This document shows positions 1-5,035 of a DNA stretch of 5,533 nucleotides, in pieces (within the stretch, counting starts at the first letter, position 1; every line of letters begins with the position of its first letter). Source of the stretch: a virus. The notes below the pieces were generated by a model, which saw only the letters and a list, made by a program, of their open reading frames with translations, was not told the DNA's origin and did no database searches. The stretch lies in the IMG/VR virus record IMGVR_UViG_3300045988_041431; one strand, given 5' to 3'. The translations under genes were made by a program, and so were the position numbers.

Positions 1-77
1 TACTGTTGCGCCTGTTTTGCGCTTGAGGTTGCTAGCTCGCTCGCTGCCTGTTCCCAGCTTTTCGCACTCTTAAGTTG
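1..77. repeat. Terminal direct repeat, copy 1 (circularisation overlap of a 5,456-nt circular genome)
   Basis: Positions 1..77 (tactgttgcgcctgttttgcgcttgaggttgc...cgcactcttaagttg) are identical to 5457..5533. The copies are direct and sit at the two extreme ends. The VP2 reading frame continues without interruption across the implied junction. Confidence 0.97.
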
Positions 78-680
78 TTTTGCGCTGGTGGCCTGTTTTG
101 CTAGCTGTAAGTATTTGTCTGCTAGCTCTGCCGTGTTGTTGCCGTATTCGTACATCGCGGATACGCTTGCAGCCTGTGCGCTCTGCTGGTTATAACGTTG
201 GCTTCCAATACTTGCAGATGCTCCCGATGGTGCGCTTGTTGCGCCGTTGGTCGCTGCTAGAATAGGATTGATGCCCGCTGCGATCATGTCCTTTACGGTA
301 TCCTGATAGGCTGTTCCGCGCATTTCCTTTTGGAATGCTCGTTCTGCTGCTGCTTCTGCGCTGTTGTATTTCTTTGCGCTTGCTTGGCTTCCAGCATTTG
401 CGAGGTTGCTTAGTAGTCCGCTTATCATTTGTAGTGCGTTTGCGGTGTTTACACTGCTCTGGTTGCCAAATGTGGCAATACCTGTTGGCGTGCTTATTTG
501 CGTTGAACCTATCTGTTGTGGTCCTGTTACGCTGCCTGTCGTGGCCTCGCTGCCTGTCGTGGTTTCGTTGCCTGATGCTTGGTTGTTTTTGGCGCTGCTC
601 TGGTTACTGCTCGTTATGATGCCTGTTAGCATGCTTAGCCCTTGCATGAGGTATGGCATAAAGCTTAATAACGTCTCCAT
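1..680 (-). CDS. VP2: DNA pilot / minor capsid protein VP2 (analogue of phiX174 H), N-terminal 226 codons; the gene wraps the circular junction and ends at 5279 (285 aa in total)
   Basis: The start is ATG at 680..678, with an in-frame TGA immediately upstream at 683..681. I checked this minus-strand frame codon by codon and it has no stop down to position 3. Positions 2, 1 and 5456 then form TAC, and the frame runs on to TAA at 5281..5279. The translation contains AERAFQKEMRGTAYQDTVKDMIAAGINPILAAT, the conserved core I recognise from Microviridae VP2 proteins. The flanks are rich in Gly/Ser/Thr/Gln/Ala, and the gene sits directly downstream of VP1. It is missing from the ORF track because it runs off the window edge. 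Confidence 0.85.
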   Translation of the reverse strand, partial: METLLSFMPYLMQGLSMLTGIITSSNQSSAKNNQASGNETTTGSEATTGSVTGPQQIGSTQISTPTGIATFGNQSSVNTANALQMISGLLSNLANAGSQASAKKYNSAEAAAERAFQKEMRGTAYQDTVKDMIAAGINPILAATNGATSAPSGASASIGSQRYNQQSAQAASVSAMYEYGNNTAELADKYLQLAKQATSAKQLKSAKSWEQAASELATSSAKQAQQ

Positions 681-682
681 TC

Positions 683-708
683 AAAAATAGCCCCGCTTTT
701 GCGGGGCT
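683..708 (-). terminator. Intercistronic GC hairpin plus U-tract between VP1 and VP2 (candidate leaky intrinsic terminator and/or RBS-bridging structure)
   Basis: The minus strand reads TAA GGAAGGAGGA [AGCCCCGC AAAA GCGGGGCT] ATTTTTGA ATG. The stem is 8 bp (689..696 pairing with 701..708), the loop is 4 nt, and a T5 run follows at 687..683. The structure begins 10 nt after the VP1 stop and ends 8 nt before the VP2 ATG. Confidence 0.6.
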
Positions 709-718
709 TCCTCCTTCC

Positions 719-2371
719 TTAAATTCTTTCGATGCCGGGAATGCTGTAAATAGGCATTTCGCGGTACCACTGTTCGTTGAAATAGAAGTCACATAAGAAC
801 TGGTGTGACTTGGCGCTTGTTACTGCAATCGTTCGGTCAATGTTCTCGGTGCCTTCCTGAATCCACTCTGCCGAGAGACGCGGAAGCGCGTTATAATCGT
901 CTGCATAGTGCCATGCGTCCAAACTGGTTTGATAGTTCGATCGCATTTCTCCGGTTACGTAGGAAGGTTTGTAGCGGTAATCTGCCCATGCCTCTTGATA
1001 GCCGAAAATTTCGTTATCTTCGTCCGTGCCTTGTGTATAGATTTCACGGTTATACACTGGCTGTTCGCCCAGCGCTGCCAAACGCGGGTCGTAGTATGTG
1101 AACCGTCCGCCACGTGTCCACTTGGTTGCAAGTCCCTGCTGGTAGCTGTGTTCTACTCGTACCACTGCCAGACCGATGATATAGCCGTATTCGGTCGCTG
1201 CATAGTCAACCATCTCTTTACTGCATGTGGTCAGACTGTATGCTGCTGTATTGCCCAGTGCCTGCCCGGTTTTCTCGTCCGTCTGGCTCGTCTGTACGAC
1301 CTGATTAACGTTAATGGCGATACGCTGCCCGCCGATGTATTCAGGAATCTGCAGTCGGCTGTCCGGACTTGTCACGCCCCACGTGCCGGAAAGGAACTCG
1401 CGATAGCGAGTGCCGTTTCTCGCATCAGTTTCAAAAATGTGCTGCAAGGCAATTGCCATGCGCAAATCTTGAATGCTGATTGCGTTTACTCCGCTGAGGT
1501 CTGTGCCTAGGAATTTCATCTGAATTTGTTCTTCATCTTTTCCAGTTACTCCCATTACGTTTCCAAAGTTCTGCATACTGCCGTTTGTAGTTAGCGTCAG
1601 TTGAACTGAGCTTGCTGTTTGAGTTGTCAACTCTGCATTGTTATACATTTTTACTGGTGCATTGCCTGTTAGGCCGATTTCCACAGGGTCATTTTTTAGC
1701 GGCTTTGGCAAGCAGCTGGTGAAGTAGTCGTGGAACTTGCCCGCTTTTGCGGGTTTCGTTGCGTATATTGCACCCTCTGATGCGATTGCAGTAAATTCTG
1801 GTTTATTGGCGTATTTTTCTTTGTCTGCATCTGGGTCTGATGACCTTCCTCCATCGTCAGTTTTATTGTATCCTACCATTATTGGTGCTTCAAGGTTTTC
1901 ATCTCGAAACCACTCGTTATAGATCATCGCATAGGCGCGCGCTGGGAGTGCGTTTACTTCTATCGGTACATTTGTCGGGATTCCAAAGTAATCTCCGATT
2001 GATCCGCTTTTAATGCCGTTGCCTTTGATTTTGGTTTTCGGTGTGGAATATTCGGTCTTTTCTGCCCAATAATCGGTATCGTTCTCGCCGAACATATTTT
2101 CCCAGTGTTCCCACAGCAGACGGCACGGAACAAAGAAGAAATATGTATCCATGTACGCGTTATCCATCACTGGATAGATTGGCGTACTCATACGAATAAG
2201 GCCGTTAAGCTGTACTCGCGCGGTATCACCCGGAAGCACTTCGTCGCAGTAGATGGGCACTAAATCACCTTCATTGATGGTCGTCAACAGCTGGTGACTT
2301 CGGTCAAATTTGCTTCGTGGTCGCTCCATCCGTGGCACTTGCGCGAAATGGTTTTCACTGTTTCTGTTCAC
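719..2371 (-). CDS. VP1: Major capsid protein VP1 (Microviridae F-protein family), 550 aa, GTG start
   Basis: This is the 550-aa ORF in the track. It carries hallmark gokushovirus VP1 motifs: an N-terminal HFAQVP..RPRSKFDRSH....GDLVPIYCDEVLPGDT, then DYFTSCLP, then SIQDLRMAIALQHIFETDARNGTRYREFLSGTWGV.SPDSRLQIPEYIGG. Codon 2371..2369 is GTG, preceded by GGGAGAAGTAAGA (SD-like GGGAG, 8-nt spacing). The stop is TAA at 721..719. A long poorly conserved segment at about aa 170-290 (about 1502..1864) fits the gokushovirus surface-loop insertion. No separate spike (G-like) gene is present. Confidence 0.95.
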   Translation of the reverse strand: MNRNSENHFAQVPRMERPRSKFDRSHQLLTTINEGDLVPIYCDEVLPGDTARVQLNGLIRMSTPIYPVMDNAYMDTYFFFVPCRLLWEHWENMFGENDTDYWAEKTEYSTPKTKIKGNGIKSGSIGDYFGIPTNVPIEVNALPARAYAMIYNEWFRDENLEAPIMVGYNKTDDGGRSSDPDADKEKYANKPEFTAIASEGAIYATKPAKAGKFHDYFTSCLPKPLKNDPVEIGLTGNAPVKMYNNAELTTQTASSVQLTLTTNGSMQNFGNVMGVTGKDEEQIQMKFLGTDLSGVNAISIQDLRMAIALQHIFETDARNGTRYREFLSGTWGVTSPDSRLQIPEYIGGQRIAINVNQVVQTSQTDEKTGQALGNTAAYSLTTCSKEMVDYAATEYGYIIGLAVVRVEHSYQQGLATKWTRGGRFTYYDPRLAALGEQPVYNREIYTQGTDEDNEIFGYQEAWADYRYKPSYVTGEMRSNYQTSLDAWHYADDYNALPRLSAEWIQEGTENIDRTIAVTSAKSHQFLCDFYFNEQWYREMPIYSIPGIERI

Positions 2372-2392
2372 TCTTACTTCTCCCTTTTTTGT

Positions 2393-2842
2393 TCATTTTT
2401 TCTCTTCATCTCTCTGATCAGGCTCTTCTGTGTTGTCCGTTTTCGTCATTTTGCCCAATTTTTCTTCTGGCTTCGGCTGTTCGGTCTGCTGCATCTGTTT
2501 CAGCTGTTCCATTGTTTCGGCTGCTGCCTCGGCCTTTTCGTGCATCGTCATGATATCCTTCGGCAGATTTTCAAGGTCTGTTCCTTCGGTGTATATCACG
2601 CTTTTTGCCTTGATGCTGGTGTCTCCCGCTTCCAGCCGTGCGATTGCGCTTGCAAGGTCGTAGCCCTCGCCCGCTCTCTGGATTTTTTCGTATGTGTTCT
2701 CATCCGGCTGCTCGATGTAGTTGGTTGTGCCGTTCGGTTGTTTAACCGCTTTCCACGTTGGCGCGGTCTTGCTGCCCGGATTGTTTACCACTCTCTCGGT
2801 CGGTAGCCCGTAGTACCTTACCAGTGCTTCAGGATTTAACAT
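2393..2842 (-). CDS. Acidic 149-aa protein, candidate internal scaffolding protein (VP3-like)
   Basis: ATG at 2842..2840 is preceded by AAGGAGACGACCA (SD AAGGAG, 7-nt spacing). The start overlaps the end of the upstream 84-aa ORF by 14 nt. The TGA stop at 2395..2393 lies 21 nt upstream of the VP1 GTG. Its size, position directly upstream of VP1, the central helical segment LENLPKDIMTMHEKAEAAAETMEQL and a very acidic Glu/Asp/Lys tail all resemble gokushovirus VP3. The function is assigned by position and composition, not by a recognised strict motif. Confidence 0.6.
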   Translation of the reverse strand: MLNPEALVRYYGLPTERVVNNPGSKTAPTWKAVKQPNGTTNYIEQPDENTYEKIQRAGEGYDLASAIARLEAGDTSIKAKSVIYTEGTDLENLPKDIMTMHEKAEAAAETMEQLKQMQQTEQPKPEEKLGKMTKTDNTEEPDQRDEEKK

Positions 2843-3083
2843 TGGTCGTCTCCTTCAGGTCGATGAGTCGTGCGATGTGTTCAGGCATTGCTTCGCTCAT
2901 GTGGCCGTTTTCGGTGTCGAATTCGCCCAGTTCTACGAGTGAAATATCTTCGATTTCGCTTTGTTTGCTTTCGTTGGCCTTCCATCGTGCCGTCCGGACC
3001 GCCTGTGCCCGGTTGTTCTGCAGAAACGGCTGTGAGTAGCCATTGGTCAGCGCATCGTGGAATGAATAGAATACCAGTTTCAT
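2829..3083 (-). CDS. Small 84-aa protein, probable conserved Microviridae non-structural protein of unknown function
   Basis: ATG at 3083..3081 is preceded by TAAAGGAGAAAAAA (SD AAGGAG, 6-nt spacing). The SD overlaps the stop of the upstream 38-aa ORF. The N-terminal pattern MKLVFYSFHDALTNGYSQPFLQNNRAQAVRTA and the later LVELGEFDTENG resemble a small protein I recall recurring in gokushovirus genomes. That resemblance is from memory and unverified. Confidence 0.6.
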   Translation of the reverse strand: MKLVFYSFHDALTNGYSQPFLQNNRAQAVRTARWKANESKQSEIEDISLVELGEFDTENGHMSEAMPEHIARLIDLKETTNVKS

Positions 3084-3094
3084 TTTTTTCTCCT

Positions 3095-3211
3095 TTACTC
3101 TTTGTCTTTGTTTGCGTCCTTTAGTGCGTGGTAGATTTCATCGAGCTTATCAAGAATGCTCATCATCAGTGCAATCGCTTCCTTAACGTCCTTGATCTTG
3201 ATCAATGCCAT
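3095..3211 (-). CDS. Unannotated 38-aa ORF (MALIKIKDVKEAIALMMSILDKLDEIYHALKDANKDKE), hypothetical helical peptide
   Basis: ATG at 3211..3209 is preceded by GAAAGGAGGTAACTTA (SD AAGGAGG, 7-nt spacing). The TAA stop at 3097..3095 is embedded in the SD of the next gene, which indicates translational coupling. I translated it by hand. It falls below the length cut-off of the ORF track. Confidence 0.5.
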   Translation of the reverse strand: MALIKIKDVKEAIALMMSILDKLDEIYHALKDANKDKE

Positions 3212-3242
3212 TAAGTTACCTCCTTTCTTTGGTTTGTATTGC

Positions 3243-3359
3243 TTACAGTCGGATTCCGCCGCGTGAGATCTTCGGTCTTACGTTGATATTCTTTACCCGC
3301 TTTGCAGTCTGGGTAAAGCGCTTCTGGTCGCCTTGACCTGCTCCGCTTCTGTGTGCCAT
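3243..3359 (-). CDS. Unannotated 38-aa highly basic peptide (MAHRSGAGQGDQKRFTQTAKRVKNINVRPKISRGGIRL), candidate DNA-binding/packaging protein (phiX174 J / chlamydiamicrovirus ORF8 analogue)
   Basis: ATG at 3359..3357 is preceded by AAGGGGGTGTAAAA. The SD lies inside the last codons of the peptidase gene, whose TAA stop ends 2 nt before this ATG. The peptide has 10 Arg/Lys and 1 acidic residue in 38 aa. It ends in RGGIRL, which I recall as typical of the small basic ORF8-type peptides of gokushoviruses. The stop is TAA at 3245..3243. I verified the frame codon by codon. Confidence 0.7.
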   Translation of the reverse strand: MAHRSGAGQGDQKRFTQTAKRVKNINVRPKISRGGIRL

Positions 3360-3361
3360 TT

Positions 3362-3754
3362 TTACACCCCCTTTCTGTATTTTTCATTTCGTGTGTCGAA
3401 ATGTACCCAGTTGTTATATACGATGATACCGCCGCTGTTCGGCACGATACTGTTTAGCACTTTTGCAAGTTCTTTTGGCGTCACTCCGTTCGCTCTGATG
3501 TCTGCCGCCATGCCTCTCGTATGGTAGCTGTATTTTGCTCCTCCTACTTTTTCGTTGTGGCTTATTGTGCGGTATCCGCTTGTGATTACAATTGGCTTAT
3601 TGATTTTTTTTCTTGCGATTTCTAGAATGACCGCCAAATAATCGTCAACGAATACGATTGGCGTCCCGTCTTTGCACGCAAATTCTTTTACTTTGAAGTG
3701 GTCTGTGATTTTTTCGTTTCCTTGTTCTTTTGCTAGATATGCTTTGATTTCCAT
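3362..3754 (-). CDS. Zinc peptidase of the M15 family (Peptidase_M15_3 / M15A-like, D-Ala-D-Ala carboxypeptidase fold), 130 aa; probable peptidoglycan hydrolase (endolysin)
   Basis: The translation MEIKAYLAKEQGNEKITDHFKVKEFACKDG...ITSGYRTISHNEKVGGAKYSYHTRGMAADI...NNWVHFD contains the family signature SGYR..N..VGG..S.H..G.AaD ... vHfD, with the Zn ligands H, D and H in the expected order. The preferred start is ATG 3754..3752, preceded by GAAAGGAACAAAGGAC (AAGGA). The track's 201-aa version begins at a GTG inside the end of Rep, has no SD, and reads through an AT-rich spacer that contains a consensus promoter. Confidence 0.85.
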   Translation of the reverse strand: MEIKAYLAKEQGNEKITDHFKVKEFACKDGTPIVFVDDYLAVILEIARKKINKPIVITSGYRTISHNEKVGGAKYSYHTRGMAADIRANGVTPKELAKVLNSIVPNSGGIIVYNNWVHFDTRNEKYRKGV

Positions 3755-3800
3755 GTCCTTTGTTCCTTTCGTCCTCTGCAATTCACATTGCGTTATAAAC

Positions 3801-3829
3801 ATTTTATCATTTGTCAAGTGGTTTTGCAA
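3801..3829 (-). promoter_or_regulatory. Sigma70/SigA-type promoter with extended -10, between Rep and the peptidase gene
   Basis: The minus strand reads TTGCAA (3829..3824), a 17-nt spacer AACCACTTGACAAATGA, then TAAAAT (3806..3801). The spacer ends in TGA, which gives the TGnTAAAAT extended -10. The element lies 47 nt upstream of the peptidase ATG in a stretch that is only 16/60 G+C (3781..3840). Confidence 0.55.
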
Positions 3830-3950
3830 TAATTTTAACCAAATTGTAATATTTTTTGTCCTTTGTTTTGAATGGCGCTTTAGCGCCCTGCCGTGTGGAG
3901 CGCATGCGGAACTCGGCTTAATAAATTCTTCCTTTTTAGCGCTGTGCGCG

Positions 3951-4940
3951 TCAAACTTTTGGTTCACGCCACTTTTGCTTTAGCTTGTCCTTTTCTTTCT
4001 GAATGTTTAGATAGGTTTCATAATCCACGCTGGTGCTCTGTTCGAGATTGATCAAACTTTGTATTGCACTGCGTCTGCGTCTTGCTCTAACCTCTCTCAG
4101 CTCGTCAGAGTGTGCCTTAAAATAGCTTTCAGTCTCTTGGCTGGTATCCTTATCAAGTATTTTGTCAAAATAGCGTGGTGGCCTTTTCTCGTGCCCTCCT
4201 GCGCATATGATGCTATCTGTTTTCAAGATTTCATCTTTGTGTTCGTTCAGATACTTTTCGCCGATGCCTTTCGACATGATTCGGAACTCTGGCTCTCTGC
4301 CTTCCATCCAGTATTTTGCCGCTTGCTCTGCCCCTATGGCTTTTTTGTTGACGTATTGTGCCACGTATGCAAAGCTCCCCGGCTGTGCTGGTGAAAAGTC
4401 TATCATGCCTTTGCCCCAGATTTTTTGTAGCCACTCGCTTTTGAAATAGCTGTTGCCTTTTTGGTTTTTATACCATTGCGCATCCGGTGGTTTCAGTCCA
4501 AATACTATTGCGTGATAGTGTGGTCTTTTTGTTCTGTCACCATATTCAGCTGCTAGAAAGTATTTTATTGGCTTTTTGTATGCTTTTCGTAGCCGCTTTA
4601 TAAATAGCTGCACGTCTCGTTTGCTTACTGTCTGGCTTTGAATGCTTCTGTAGCCTTTGAGGATCTCGCCGTATGGGATATGTTCATCGTCATATGTTAG
4701 TGTTAGGAAAATTACATCGTCCCATTCTTTGGCTTCTAGTTCTATTCTGGTTGCCCATTGGTCAGCCATCTGTTTGCGGCAGTACTCGCACTTACCACAT
4801 GGTAATAATGCGAATTTTCCTTTTTTGATTCCGTCCATGATGTCCGTTTGCAGTCCTTGCTTGGATAGGTTTTCCAGACTTCCCCACAGCTGTGGTTTTT
4901 TCGTGTCCATCTGAAATACTAATGGTTTTGTACATGGCAT
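3951..4940 (-). CDS. VP4: Rolling-circle replication initiator VP4 (HUH endonuclease, phiX174 protein A family), 329 aa from ATG 4940 (334 aa if GTG 4955 is used)
   Basis: The track ORF contains the Cys cluster LPCGKCEYCRK, motif 1 VIFLTLTYDD, the HUH motif 2 RPHYHAIVFG, and the double-Tyr motif 3 FAYVAQYVNKK. I prefer the ATG at 4940..4938 because it gives the N-terminus MPCTKPL, matching the M.C..P start typical of Microviridae VP4. The GTG at 4955 lies inside a hairpin stem only 3 nt after the SD. The stop is TGA at 3953..3951. Confidence 0.93.
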   Translation of the reverse strand: MPCTKPLVFQMDTKKPQLWGSLENLSKQGLQTDIMDGIKKGKFALLPCGKCEYCRKQMADQWATRIELEAKEWDDVIFLTLTYDDEHIPYGEILKGYRSIQSQTVSKRDVQLFIKRLRKAYKKPIKYFLAAEYGDRTKRPHYHAIVFGLKPPDAQWYKNQKGNSYFKSEWLQKIWGKGMIDFSPAQPGSFAYVAQYVNKKAIGAEQAAKYWMEGREPEFRIMSKGIGEKYLNEHKDEILKTDSIICAGGHEKRPPRYFDKILDKDTSQETESYFKAHSDELREVRARRRRSAIQSLINLEQSTSVDYETYLNIQKEKDKLKQKWREPKV

Positions 4941-4947
4941 TTTTGTT

Positions 4948-4982
4948 ACCGGCACAAGCCTCCTTGTCTATCTTGTGCCGGT
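4948..4982. promoter_or_regulatory. Perfect 11-bp stem / 13-nt loop hairpin covering the Rep translation-initiation region
   Basis: The arm accggcacaag (4948..4958) pairs with cttgtgccggt (4972..4982). The loop cctccttgtctat (4959..4971) carries the complement of AAGGAGG. On the mRNA the SD therefore sits at the 3' side of the loop, the GTG at 4955 is inside the stem, and the ATG at 4940 lies 7 nt past the stem base. The structure is read directly from the sequence; its function is unknown. Confidence 0.5.
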
Positions 4983-5035
4983 TGACACCTCGCTTCCTTT
5001 TAATATTAACTTGTTGTAGTCGTAGTAGTAGTAGC

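Noticed and set aside
1-77. The terminal repeats considered as LTR, IS or att-type element ends.
   Set aside because: They are direct, exact and located precisely at the contig ends, and they lie inside a continuous reading frame (VP2). That is the signature of a linearised circular assembly, not of a mobile-element boundary.
604-792. The 62-aa minus-strand ORF spanning the VP1 end, the hairpin and the VP2 start.
   Set aside because: It overlaps the ends of two strongly supported genes in another frame and translates the hairpin itself. It has no RBS and no recognisable features.
3604-3611. A T8 homopolymer (A8 on the coding strand) inside the peptidase gene, considered as a possible frameshift or phase-variation site.
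   Set aside because: The current reading frame is intact and encodes a sensible ARKKINK. No alternative-frame ORF of note follows. It is relevant only as a sequencing-error hotspot.
3824-3852. A plus-strand promoter-like element TTGCAA-17 nt-TAATAT that shares the palindromic -35 with the minus-strand promoter. It would make an RNA antisense to Rep. A second plus-strand element, TTGACA-16 nt-TATTAA, lies at 4982..5009.
   Set aside because: There is no plus-strand gene downstream. AT-rich spacers generate such hexamers by chance, and nothing is known of antisense transcription in Microviridae. They are worth a glance in strand-specific RNA-seq but are not supportable from the sequence.
3874-3887. 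The small hairpin GGCGC-TTTA-GCGCC downstream of Rep, considered as a Rep terminator.
   Set aside because: It has only a 5-bp stem and no U-tract on the coding strand (it is followed by ATTCAAAAC). That is too weak to call.
3755-3967. The N-terminal 71 codons of the 201-aa peptidase ORF, including a 17-nt overlap with Rep.
   Set aside because: The start is a GTG without an SD. The segment is an AT-rich stretch carrying a consensus promoter, and its sequence is not protein-like. The M15 domain starts right at the internal ATG (3754), which has its own RBS.
4231-4434. A 67-aa Arg-rich minus-strand ORF embedded in Rep in an alternative frame, considered as a possible overprinted gene like phiX174 B, K or E.
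   Set aside because: It has a GTG start with no SD upstream (CAAAAGCGAGTG). Its composition is typical of an off-frame read of a coding region, and it has no hydrophobic segment that would suggest an E-like lysis protein. It cannot be excluded without comparative data.
80-4914. All plus-strand ORFs in the track: 80..265, 335..619, 364..690, 805..1101, 908..1510, 1737..1922, 2294..2806, 2317..2553, 2430..2663, 2758..3039, 2870..3124, 3333..3527, 3672..3983, 4059..4394, 4207..4449 and 4657..4914.
   Set aside because: Each lies antisense to a well-supported minus-strand gene. Their translations are low-complexity and rich in Leu/Cys/Arg/Phe/Val with no recognisable motifs. None has a convincing SD, and Microviridae encode all genes on one strand. 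They are shadow ORFs.
5017-5034. A (GTA)n microsatellite: gtagtc followed by gta x4.
   Set aside because: It is a very short trinucleotide run in non-coding DNA with no evident function. I note it only as a possible slippage-prone site.
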